64,000 nt of DNA from Bacilli bacterium (GTDB lineage Bacteria > Bacillota_I > Bacilli_A > RFN20 > CAG-826). Within the stretch, counting starts at the first letter, position 1; every line of letters begins with the position of its first letter. A program made the position numbers and the translations under genes. The stretch is from NCBI GenBank assembly GCA_045597865.1, contig JAZLKX010000025.1, positions 224,001 to 288,000 on the forward strand, read 5' to 3'. A model generated the notes under the pieces. It searched no databases, was not told where the DNA came from, and saw only the letters and a program-made list of their open reading frames with translations. Shown one piece after another: positions 46,938-56,354 of the stretch.

Positions 46938-49268
46938 ATGTTAAGTAAGAAAGCGAAAATCATTCTCATCTCCGTGGGAGGTGCTTTAGTCGTGGGTGGT
47001 GGTCTAGGTGTTGGCCTTGGCATTGGTTTAAGCAATAAACCACAAGACAAACCAGATGAACCAGATCCAATTATCATTCCAGACGAAGATCCATGTCCTG
47101 AAGGAACATGTGTCGACGAGAACCAAGATGGTGTCTGTGATGTTTGTGGCTACCCAGTTGATATCCAACATGGTGTTAGTGTTGGTGGTGACCCAAGTGC
47201 ACCATTCTACCTTAAGGTAGGAGAATCAAAAACTATTACTGCAAAACTCACTCCAAGTCCAGATAGAGATTCAGAAAAAACCTTTACTTGGAAAACTTCC
47301 AACAGTCGTATAGCAAGCGTTGCTGCAAAATCAGCATCTGCAAAAGCAGATATTGAAGGTTTAAGTGAAGGTAACGTCACATTTACTGCAACAAATGAAT
47401 ACAATCCAGCATTAGTTAGAAATTTCGAAGCAACTGTTATTAATTATGATGATGAAAACATGTATCTTTGGGAATATCAGACTTCAGATAGAGCAAAATT
47501 TGGTTACGTTAATGAAGATGGCAAAAAAGCCGGTGTCGCTGATGGAGTCGCAAATCTTGCAGGATTAGATTGGACATTCCATAGAAGTGAAGTTAAATCG
47601 CTTCAATCAAAACAAGGTGGTGTTGGCTTTGGAAAAGGCAGCGATCCTGAAAAATTAGTAACTTTAAAGAGCACAAACACAAGAGAAATTAAGAAAATTG
47701 TTATTGAAACTGCTTCAGCAAATTCACTTGCAAATATCACAGTAAAAGTTGGTGATAACGAAGTTATTAATAAAGCTACACCAAAATTTAGCTCTGCTGC
47801 AATCGGTTCAGTTAGCTACGTTGATAGCGAAGAAAATCCATCAAAATATTCTGGTGATATCTTAATTCAATTTGATACTCCAGCATTTGATGAATCAAAA
47901 TTAGAAGACGAATCTTATAGAGCTCCAGGTGCAGTTTATCTTAAATCTATTTGGATTGAATATTATGAAATCAACCTAGATTGGAAGACAAATGTTACTT
48001 ATGATTTAAATGCCAAATATTTAGAATCAAAAGATGCTGATTTTAAATCTGGTTATTTCACCGGATTAACTACAAGTGCTAAGCCATTATCAATTAATGA
48101 TGAAGAAAATGGTATTACAATTAATCTTGAAAAAATTAAACAATATGGTTCTAGCGATAATGTTAAGTTAATTGATCATGCTTTGACAAATGGCTATATT
48201 GACATCATTTTGAATAAACCAGATGAAGTTATTAAACAAGTCAAATTTGAATACATTAACGGCACAAATAAAACAACTTATACAGAGTATGCTTCTGTTT
48301 TTGGAGGCGCTCCATTTGTTAACACAATAGACTCAAGTAATACAGGACTTTGTGGCAAATTTATTTCAAGTGATAATGTTAATGCAATTAGATTTGTTCC
48401 TAAAGGAAACAATGTTGCAGTTCATTCAATCTCTGTTAAAACTATTGAAGGCGTACAACTTGAAATTGATTCATTGTCATTAAAAGAAGGTGCTGCTGCA
48501 AGTAAACTTTCCTATAAACAAGGAGAAGTTTTTGACCCAGAGGGACTTGAAGATATTTCTGTCTCATTTACTAATGATAATGTTAATCCAATAGACATTC
48601 CTTCAAACGAAATTACATGGTATGACGGTCCTTCTTATGAAGATCCAGCAGATCATTCAAATGCTTCTGAAATTCTAAAAGAAGGAACAACATACGTAAT
48701 AGGTGTACTAAATGGTCATACTGTTAAGTATGAAGGCATTGAAGTTGTTCTTGTAAAAATGTATCTTTCTTTAGTCAAAGATGCTTCGGACATCAATGAA
48801 ACTGACCGTTATTTAATTGCCTCTCCAAAAAATAGTGCAATTTGTTTAGGATCTTCTGGTTCAGACATGAACAAAGCTGATGGTTCTAAAGTTTTAGAAG
48901 GCTTTGAGTTTACCGATGACGTAAATCTTGCTGATTCATATGAAAATGACTTATTTAAGTTTGAAAAAGACCCAAATAGTGAAAAATACGCTATTGCAAA
49001 TTTTGATGGCGCTCATAGATTTACAGTAACAAAGAGTGGAACGTCAGCAGCAGGCACATCTAAAGATGGATGCCAACTTTATTCCATAACTATCAATAGC
49101 GAAAATGGTAATGCAACATTCACAATGGATTTCAATGATACAAAATATTATCTAATTCATACTGGCACTGCATTTGACTCAAAGAAAGATAATGGTTCAA
49201 TTGATAAAGCATCAATCAGAATTTATAAGCTTAACGAAATCGTTGACCCAAGACTTGTGACTGAATAA
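46938..49268 (+). CDS. Membrane-anchored surface protein with an Ig-like domain
   Basis: Gly-rich N-terminal TM anchor, Pro/Asp linker, CVDENQDGVCDVCG motif and Big_2-like TWKTSNSRIASV. Confidence 0.75.
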   Translation: MLSKKAKIILISVGGALVVGGGLGVGLGIGLSNKPQDKPDEPDPIIIPDEDPCPEGTCVDENQDGVCDVCGYPVDIQHGVSVGGDPSAPFYLKVGESKTITAKLTPSPDRDSEKTFTWKTSNSRIASVAAKSASAKADIEGLSEGNVTFTATNEYNPALVRNFEATVINYDDENMYLWEYQTSDRAKFGYVNEDGKKAGVADGVANLAGLDWTFHRSEVKSLQSKQGGVGFGKGSDPEKLVTLKSTNTREIKKIVIETASANSLANITVKVGDNEVINKATPKFSSAAIGSVSYVDSEENPSKYSGDILIQFDTPAFDESKLEDESYRAPGAVYLKSIWIEYYEINLDWKTNVTYDLNAKYLESKDADFKSGYFTGLTTSAKPLSINDEENGITINLEKIKQYGSSDNVKLIDHALTNGYIDIILNKPDEVIKQVKFEYINGTNKTTYTEYASVFGGAPFVNTIDSSNTGLCGKFISSDNVNAIRFVPKGNNVAVHSISVKTIEGVQLEIDSLSLKEGAAASKLSYKQGEVFDPEGLEDISVSFTNDNVNPIDIPSNEITWYDGPSYEDPADHSNASEILKEGTTYVIGVLNGHTVKYEGIEVVLVKMYLSLVKDASDINETDRYLIASPKNSAICLGSSGSDMNKADGSKVLEGFEFTDDVNLADSYENDLFKFEKDPNSEKYAIANFDGAHRFTVTKSGTSAAGTSKDGCQLYSITINSENGNATFTMDFNDTKYYLIHTGTAFDSKKDNGSIDKASIRIYKLNEIVDPRLVTE

Positions 49269-49288
49269 ATTTATTTACCAAACATATG

Positions 49289-49317
49289 AAAAGGTCCTGC
49301 TGTGCAGGACTTTTTTT
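49289..49317 (+). terminator. Intrinsic terminator
   Basis: AAGGTCCTGC-TGT-GCAGGACTTT plus T run. Confidence 0.9.
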
Positions 49318-49431
49318 ATTTTAATTTTTTACTATTAAGTAATTGCTTATTGGGGTATAATCTTTAATAGTTAGAAGTGGAAAACGTACGATTCCATTCC
49401 TAGCGAAAAGTAATAGGAAAGGAGAAAATTA

Positions 49432-50058
49432 ATGAAAAAAAGATTATTCTTATTACCATTATTAGCAGGCTTGGCACTTTGTAGCTGTGGCGGTGGAGAT
49501 AATCCAGATGATCCAAAAGGCGAAGACTTTCCAGGTTTAACACTTGACATTGATACTTTAAAAGAAGAAAGTGGAGATGGAAAAGGCTATGCTGCTTTAG
49601 CAGATGTTGACGAAATCAATGGCGTTGGAGTCGGATTTGCTGAAGTTATGGTTAATGGTCTTAACAGTGAATCATTACCAAAATGGGATACACCAGATGA
49701 TGAAGTTGTTGATGTAATTCAATTCTCAAAAGTCGATGGTGAAAACGGAAGAGAAGGCGGATCAATTACCGTTCAAGGTAAAATTTCCAAATTAACTGTA
49801 AATGTCTATTCCTCACGTGAATGGTCAGATACAGGTTTCCCAAAAGTCACTTTTGATGGAAAAACAGTTAAAAAACCTTCAAAAGCAGCGCAAACGAAAG
49901 ATACTGAATACAAGAGCTGGAACTCAAAAGGTACTCAAGAATTCGATTTAAAGATCTTTACAGTCGAATATGCTGTTAATGCTGGAGACGAAGGCGAATT
50001 AGTCATTCACAACGCAAATACTTACGCTTTGTACTTTGATTCATTCATCTTAGAATAA
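49432..50058 (+). CDS. Acidic lipoprotein of unknown function
   Basis: Signal peptide MKKRLFLLPLLAGLALCS-CGGGD; RBS AAGGAG. Confidence 0.8.
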   Translation: MKKRLFLLPLLAGLALCSCGGGDNPDDPKGEDFPGLTLDIDTLKEESGDGKGYAALADVDEINGVGVGFAEVMVNGLNSESLPKWDTPDDEVVDVIQFSKVDGENGREGGSITVQGKISKLTVNVYSSREWSDTGFPKVTFDGKTVKKPSKAAQTKDTEYKSWNSKGTQEFDLKIFTVEYAVNAGDEGELVIHNANTYALYFDSFILE

Positions 50059-50073
50059 ACCTATTACAAAATT

Positions 50074-50103
50074 AGACATTCACTTCGGTGGATGTCTTTT
50101 TTT
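50074..50103 (+). terminator. Intrinsic terminator
   Basis: AGACATTCAC-TTCG-GTGGATGTCT plus T run. Confidence 0.9.
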
Positions 50104-50164
50104 AACTTTTTTATAGTAAAAATGTAAAAATTGCTCTACAATGTTTACACAAGAGGTATTAAAA

Positions 50165-50899
50165 ATGAATAAAAAAATTATGTTTCTTCCGCTCCTTGCT
50201 TTAGTAGGCGGAGTGCTTGTAAGCTGTGGCGGTGGCGATGAACCAGCTGATGATCAATTAGATAAATGTAAACTTGCACCAGCTGAATTTCTTGGTCACA
50301 AAAGAGCAACAGAACTCAAAGATGGCAAATCCTATTATTTAGGTGTTTGCAAATTCAATGAAGACGATGAAACCGAAAAAGAAATGATGTTTATTAACGG
50401 TGAACCACACTCTGATAAAGACGGAACTTATCCTTACTACTTATCAGAAACCGCTGTTGAAGTACAAAGCGACTTTGCTGATGTCGCAAAAGTAAAAGTT
50501 GATTATATCAACGATACAGAATTTACACTTCAAATTTTAAAAGATGGCGCAAGCTATGACGGAAAATACATCGGTGTTTACAAAGGCGATTCAAGCTACA
50601 GTAACTTTGTTTTCTCATATTATTGTGCTGATGAAGCTGGCGATGACGTTATGGAAGGCCGTGGTTATGAAGAAAAAGATGTTGGAAAAACATGTATTTA
50701 TAACTTCTCATGGTGTGAATCATACGAAGGCTATGCAATTAAAACCGCAGTTTTGATGATTGCTGATGAACGTAAAGAGGAAGAAGAACCACTTCCAAAA
50801 TTCATGGGAACTGACAATCAATATATTTCATTGGATTGCTGCCAAACTGAAAAAATGTTCGGAGAAACATATAACCTCGGTTATTTCTACGAGATTTAG
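50165..50899 (+). CDS. Acidic lipoprotein of unknown function
   Basis: MNKKIMFLPLLALVGGVLVS-CGGGD lipobox; RBS AGAGGT before 50165. Confidence 0.8.
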   Translation: MNKKIMFLPLLALVGGVLVSCGGGDEPADDQLDKCKLAPAEFLGHKRATELKDGKSYYLGVCKFNEDDETEKEMMFINGEPHSDKDGTYPYYLSETAVEVQSDFADVAKVKVDYINDTEFTLQILKDGASYDGKYIGVYKGDSSYSNFVFSYYCADEAGDDVMEGRGYEEKDVGKTCIYNFSWCESYEGYAIKTAVLMIADERKEEEEPLPKFMGTDNQYISLDCCQTEKMFGETYNLGYFYEI

Positions 50900-50920
50900 T
50901 AAAAAATCTTCAAAAATCAT

Positions 50921-50949
50921 AAAGGGTAACTTAATTGTTATCCTTTTTT
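50921..50949 (+). terminator. Intrinsic terminator
   Basis: AAAGGGTAAC/GTTATCCTTT stem plus T run. Confidence 0.75.
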
Positions 50950-50990
50950 CTTTAAAAGAAAGTAAAAGAGTGTATAATTAGTAAGCGCAT

Positions 50991-53192
50991 ATGGAAGAAA
51001 ATAAGTCAACTTCACAAAATAAACTTCATACCTTTGATGAACTCAAAGAGCTTTTTTATGTATACATAACTGATAAAAATGCTAGAGAAAAAATTGAAGA
51101 AGCTTATCATTTTGCAGAAGAAGCACACAAAGGACAATTTAGAAAATCTGGTGAACCTTACATTCATCATCTTATTGAAGTTGCTTATATTCTTGCTGAA
51201 ATTCAAACTGGGCCATCAACAATTATTTCAGGACTTCTTCATGATACAGTTGAAGATACAAATGTTTCCTTAGACGTTATTAAAGATAAATTCGGCGAAG
51301 ACGTTATGAATATTGTTGATTCTTTAACCAAAATCCAACGTTTAAAACTTTCTCATAGAAGTGAAGATGACTTTGTCGCTGAAGATCATCGTAAGATTTT
51401 CCTCGGCATGGCAAAAGATGTCCGTGTTATTTTAATTAAACTCGCGGATAGACTCCATAACATGAGAACATTAGATTCTTTATCTCCAGAAAGACAAAAA
51501 GTTCTTTCTAGAGAAACTCTAGAAGTCTTTGCACCAATCGCACATCGTCTTGGTATGAATACAGTTAAATCTGAACTTGAAGACTTGTGTCTTAAGTACC
51601 TAGAACCTGAAAAATACGAAGAAATTATTAAACTTGTTGAAGGCAAAATTAAAAATGGCCAAAAATCTCTTGATCAAATGGCCAAAAAGATTGCAGATGA
51701 CTTATTTGAAAAGAAGATTACCTTCCAAATGGAATCTAGAGTTAAATCAATTTATTCTATTTATAGAAAGATTTACGAAAAAGGTCGTAAATTCGAAGAA
51801 ATCTTTGATATTTTAGCTTTGCGTATTATTACTGAAACAGAACTTAACTGTTACGAAATTTTAGGTATTATTCACTCAACATATAAACCAGTTTTAGGTA
51901 GATTTAAAGATTACATTGCAATGCCAAAACCAAACATGTATCAGTCTTTACATACATGTATTCTTTCTGGCGACGGTAACACATTTGAAGTTCAAATTAG
52001 AACTAAACAAATGGATGAAATCGCTGAAGCAGGTGTTGCAGCTCACTGGGCTTATAAAGAAGGAACAAACTACAATCCTAAGAAAGAGCAACAAGAAATT
52101 GAGGAGCAATTGCATTGGCTTCGTGACTTTGTCAATATGTCAGAAGACAATCAAAATGCTAAAGAATACGTTGAGGCTCTTTCCCATGATATTTTCCAAG
52201 CAAACGTTTACGTTTTTACCCCAGCAGGTAAGGTTATCGAACTTCCAACTGGAGCAACCCCTATAGATTTTATCTATAAGATTCATACAGGGCTTGCTGA
52301 AAAGGCTGTTGGAGCAATCGTTAACAATGTTATGGTTCCACTTAATACCGAGCTTAAAACAGGCGATATTTGTGAAATTAAAACAAACGATAAATCTTCA
52401 GGACCAAATGAAGGTTGGCTTAATATTGCAACAACTAGCTTTGCTAAATCACACATTCGTAAATTCTTAGCAAAGAAAAATGCTGAATTTTTAAAACAAG
52501 ACAAAATTCAAAAAGGCAAAGAAACAATTATCGAAGCATTTAAACAAGTTGGAGTTGGAGAAAGTGATGCCCAAAAATATGTTGATAAAGCTGATGTTTG
52601 GGAACACTTTAATTGTTCAAGTTTAGATGATTTTTATATTGCAATTGTTGCAAAAAATCCTACAGCTGGAGCAGTCATTGATTACCTTAATTTAAAGAAA
52701 CCAGAAGACGCTGTTAAGTTAGGTAAAGTTCGCAAAAATGATGATGATGGATCACCTGTTTATGTTGCAAATGCAGGGGACATCGCAATTACTTTAGGAA
52801 ACTGTTGTACCCCAATCCCAGGAGACCCAATTATCGGTTATATTACCAAAGGTAAAGGTATTACAGTTCATAGAAAAGATTGTCCAAATATTATTAACGA
52901 AAAACGCCGTTTAATCGAAGTTTTTTGGAAAGAAAATCTTAAAGCTTCAACCTATCCAGTTGATTTAAAAATTGAATGTTATGAACGTGCAAATTTAGTC
53001 GTAGATATCATGGCAGTTTTATCACAAAAGAAGATTACAATTACTTCTCTTAATGCTGTCTTGCATGCACAACAAAACACATCAACCATTTCTGTGACAA
53101 TTTATGTTCAAAATGCTAACGTTTTACAAGACATTATTAATAACCTTTTAAACGTTAAAAATGTCTACGAAGTTACAAGAGCAACTCACTAA
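50991..53192 (+). CDS. relA: Bifunctional (p)ppGpp synthetase/hydrolase Rel
   Basis: RKSGEPYI, LHDTVED, KLADRLHNMRT, KDYIAMPKPNMYQSLH, then TGS, CC and ACT domains. Confidence 0.97.
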   Translation: MEENKSTSQNKLHTFDELKELFYVYITDKNAREKIEEAYHFAEEAHKGQFRKSGEPYIHHLIEVAYILAEIQTGPSTIISGLLHDTVEDTNVSLDVIKDKFGEDVMNIVDSLTKIQRLKLSHRSEDDFVAEDHRKIFLGMAKDVRVILIKLADRLHNMRTLDSLSPERQKVLSRETLEVFAPIAHRLGMNTVKSELEDLCLKYLEPEKYEEIIKLVEGKIKNGQKSLDQMAKKIADDLFEKKITFQMESRVKSIYSIYRKIYEKGRKFEEIFDILALRIITETELNCYEILGIIHSTYKPVLGRFKDYIAMPKPNMYQSLHTCILSGDGNTFEVQIRTKQMDEIAEAGVAAHWAYKEGTNYNPKKEQQEIEEQLHWLRDFVNMSEDNQNAKEYVEALSHDIFQANVYVFTPAGKVIELPTGATPIDFIYKIHTGLAEKAVGAIVNNVMVPLNTELKTGDICEIKTNDKSSGPNEGWLNIATTSFAKSHIRKFLAKKNAEFLKQDKIQKGKETIIEAFKQVGVGESDAQKYVDKADVWEHFNCSSLDDFYIAIVAKNPTAGAVIDYLNLKKPEDAVKLGKVRKNDDDGSPVYVANAGDIAITLGNCCTPIPGDPIIGYITKGKGITVHRKDCPNIINEKRRLIEVFWKENLKASTYPVDLKIECYERANLVVDIMAVLSQKKITITSLNAVLHAQQNTSTISVTIYVQNANVLQDIINNLLNVKNVYEVTRATH

Positions 53193-53208
53193 TTTTATAT
53201 AACTTTAT

Positions 53209-53286
53209 AACTCCTTCTAATAATGTGTTGAACTTATAGTTAATATAAACTATAATATTCTCGATTAATAGAGGAGTTTTTTATTT
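53209..53286 (+). promoter_or_regulatory. hisS promoter nested inside a long hairpin that pairs with the hisS RBS
   Basis: TTGAAC (53228-33), 17 nt, TATAAT (53251-56); outer stem AACTCC-T-TCTA/TAGA-GGAGTT followed by a T run. Confidence 0.6.
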
Positions 53287-54600
53287 ATGGAAATTAACCC
53301 AGTTAAAGGAACACACGATATAATCGGAGACGAAGCAGAGCTCTATAGGGAAATCGAACAAAGATGCGTTTACATCGCTGATCTTTTTGCCTATAAAGAA
53401 ATTCGTACTCCTATTATCGAACACACACCTCTCTTCTTAAGAAGTGTTGGTGAATCCAGCGACATTGTCACTAAAGAAATGTATACATTTGATGACAAAG
53501 GCGGAAGAAGTTTAACCCTTCGTCCAGAAATGACAGCAGGAGCTATGCGAAGCATTGTTTCAAATAAACTTTACGCAAATGCTGACTTACCACTTAAGTA
53601 TTTCTATCTCGGCCCATGCTTTAGATACGAAAGACCACAAGCTGGTAGATATCGTCAATTCCATCAATTTGGTATTGAAGCAGTTGGCGCTCCAAGTTTC
53701 TATCAAGATGCTGAAGTTATTTCCATTGGTCATAGAATTTTATTAACCCTTGGATTAAAAAATGTAAAAGTATTAATTAACTCCCTTGGAGATGAAGAAT
53801 CTAGAGCCGCCTACAAAGTAGCTCTTAAAGAATATTTCTCAAAACACATCGACAAAATGTGTCCAGACTGCAAACGCAGACTAGAAATTAATCCACTTAG
53901 AATTCTTGATTGCAAAGTTCCAGAAGACATCGAAATTGTTAAAGGCGCTCCAAGAATGACTGATTATCTTACAGATTCAGCAAAAGATTACTTAAATAGA
54001 GTTATCCACGCTCTTGAATCCGTTGGAATCGAAGTTGAAATTGACACAAATCTTGTTAGAGGTCTCGACTATTATACGGGCGTTGTATTTGAATACCATG
54101 CAGTCCCTACCGAAGGTATGGCTGATGTTGGAGCCTTAGGTGGTGGCGGCCACTATGCAAATTTACTTGCAGAAGTTGGCGGTCCACAAATGGAAGGAAT
54201 TGGTCTTGCAATGGGAATTGAAAGACTTGCTTATGTTGTTTCACAAACTATCAAAGAAAATCCATTAAGCGGCCCAGATTTCTACCTTATGGGAATGAGT
54301 GATGAAATCATCGAAAAGAACTTTGCTTTAGCAGAATTACTTAGATCAACTGGTTTAGTCATTGATACAAATTATCAAGTTAAATCAATTTCATCCCTTA
54401 TTAAAGTCGCACTTCGCAAAAAAGCAAAATTTGCCATTATCATCGGTGAAGATGAAATGACCAAAAAAGAAGTCACAGTCAAAAATTTAATGTCCCAAGA
54501 ACAAACATTAGTTAAATTTGATGACTTAGAAACTGTCTTACATTCATTGTTAAATGAATACATATCAAAACTCGCCAAACTTGACGAAGAGGAGGAATAA
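53287..54600 (+). CDS. hisS: Histidine--tRNA ligase
   Basis: KGTHD, LRPEMTA, FRYERPQAGRYRQFHQ, LVRGLDYY. Confidence 0.98.
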   Translation: MEINPVKGTHDIIGDEAELYREIEQRCVYIADLFAYKEIRTPIIEHTPLFLRSVGESSDIVTKEMYTFDDKGGRSLTLRPEMTAGAMRSIVSNKLYANADLPLKYFYLGPCFRYERPQAGRYRQFHQFGIEAVGAPSFYQDAEVISIGHRILLTLGLKNVKVLINSLGDEESRAAYKVALKEYFSKHIDKMCPDCKRRLEINPLRILDCKVPEDIEIVKGAPRMTDYLTDSAKDYLNRVIHALESVGIEVEIDTNLVRGLDYYTGVVFEYHAVPTEGMADVGALGGGGHYANLLAEVGGPQMEGIGLAMGIERLAYVVSQTIKENPLSGPDFYLMGMSDEIIEKNFALAELLRSTGLVIDTNYQVKSISSLIKVALRKKAKFAIIIGEDEMTKKEVTVKNLMSQEQTLVKFDDLETVLHSLLNEYISKLAKLDEEEE

Positions 54601-54602
54601 AT

Positions 54603-56327
54603 ATGTTAAGAAGTTCATATAACACAGATTTAGGCCTTAAAGACGTCGGCAAAGAAGTCTTACTTGTAGGCTGGGTAGCCAAGAAAAGAAACCTTGGTTC
54701 CTTAGTTTTCATTGATCTTCGTGACAGAAGCGGAATTATCCAACTTACTGTAAACGAAGGCGTTGAAATTCCTGATATTCGTAATGAATACGTTATCCAA
54801 GCAAAAGGAAAAGTTAGCAAGAAAGAAGTTGCCAACAAAAATTTAAAAACTGGCGAAATTGAAGTTATTGTTAGCGAAATCAAAGTTCTTAGCAAAGCTA
54901 AAACTACCCCAATGATTATTGCTGATGAAACAGATGCTCTTGAAGATTTGCGTTTAAAATATCGTTATCTTGATTTACGTAGACCTTGCTTACAAGAAAA
55001 TCTTAAGAAGAGAGCAAAAATTGTCCATTGTGCTTATGAATACTTTGACGAAAATGGATTTATTGAAGTCGAAACCCCATGTTTAACTTTATCAACTCCA
55101 GAAGGTGCTCGTGACTACATTGTCCCATCAAGAATTACACATGGAGCATTTTATGCTCTTCCTCAATCTCCACAATTATTTAAACAACTTTTAATGATTG
55201 GTGGAATGGAAAGATATTATCAAATTGCTCGTTGTTTTAGAGATGAAGACTTAAGACAAGATAGACAACCTGAGTTTACTCAGATTGATATGGAAATGTC
55301 ATTCCTTGATCAAGATGAAATTCTTACAATAATGGAAGGTTTCTTAAAGAAAACATTTAAAGAAACAATTGGAGTGGACATTAAAACTCCACTTAGAAGA
55401 ATGGATTATGCTGAAGCTGTTGATGTTTACGGCTCAGATAAACCAGATACAAGATTTGGATTACATCTTATTGATGTAACTAATGTACTTAAAGCTACTG
55501 AATTTAACGGCTATAAAGATGCAGCATGTATCAAAGCTATGGTTTGCCCAGGTTGTGCCGCTGAAACAAGTAGAAAAGTTATTGACTCATTAACTCTCGA
55601 AGCCAAAAAATTTGGATTTGGAGGTATTGGTGTTTATAAAGTTATGGAAAGTGGTGTTGAATCATCTCTCCTTAAGTTTATGAATGAAGCCCAAGTCAAA
55701 GACTTAGTTAGCAAGACCGAAGCCAAAGTTGGTGATTTAATCTTAGTCTTAGCTGGTAAGCATGACTCAGTTTGCTTTGCAATGGGTGCTTTACGTAGCC
55801 AATACGCTCGTAAACTCGGTTACATTAAGCCAAATACTTATGACTTACTTTGGGTCGTTAATTTCCCATTATTTGAATATAGTGAAACTGAGGGACGTTA
55901 CAAAGCCTTACATCACCCATTCACAAGACCAACTCCAGAAACTGAAAAATACTTAGACACTGATCCAAGTAAAGTTCTTTCTGCAGCTTATGACATTGTC
56001 ATTAATGGTTACGAAGCTGGTGGTGGTTCACTTAGAATTTATGACCAAGATATGCAAAAGAAGATATTTAATATCTTAGGTTTCTCTGACGAAGACATTG
56101 TCCGTAAATTCGGTTACTTTGTTAAAGCCTTTGAATACGGCACACCTCCACATGGCGGAATTGCTTTCGGACTTGAAAGATTATCTATGATAATTTGTGG
56201 TACAGACAACATTCGTGATGTTATTGCATTCCCAAAAAATCTTAGAGCAGCATGTCCAATGAGCAATGCTCCTCAAGGAGTTGACCAAGATCAATTAAAA
56301 GATCTCGGCATCAAAATTGAAGAATAA
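54603..56327 (+). CDS. aspS: Aspartate--tRNA ligase
   Basis: FIDLRDRSG, STPEGARDY, LPQSPQLFKQ, PPHGGIAFGLER. Confidence 0.98.
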   Translation: MLRSSYNTDLGLKDVGKEVLLVGWVAKKRNLGSLVFIDLRDRSGIIQLTVNEGVEIPDIRNEYVIQAKGKVSKKEVANKNLKTGEIEVIVSEIKVLSKAKTTPMIIADETDALEDLRLKYRYLDLRRPCLQENLKKRAKIVHCAYEYFDENGFIEVETPCLTLSTPEGARDYIVPSRITHGAFYALPQSPQLFKQLLMIGGMERYYQIARCFRDEDLRQDRQPEFTQIDMEMSFLDQDEILTIMEGFLKKTFKETIGVDIKTPLRRMDYAEAVDVYGSDKPDTRFGLHLIDVTNVLKATEFNGYKDAACIKAMVCPGCAAETSRKVIDSLTLEAKKFGFGGIGVYKVMESGVESSLLKFMNEAQVKDLVSKTEAKVGDLILVLAGKHDSVCFAMGALRSQYARKLGYIKPNTYDLLWVVNFPLFEYSETEGRYKALHHPFTRPTPETEKYLDTDPSKVLSAAYDIVINGYEAGGGSLRIYDQDMQKKIFNILGFSDEDIVRKFGYFVKAFEYGTPPHGGIAFGLERLSMIICGTDNIRDVIAFPKNLRAACPMSNAPQGVDQDQLKDLGIKIEE

Positions 56328-56354
56328 TTAATTTATTAATTAAGGAGAAAATAT

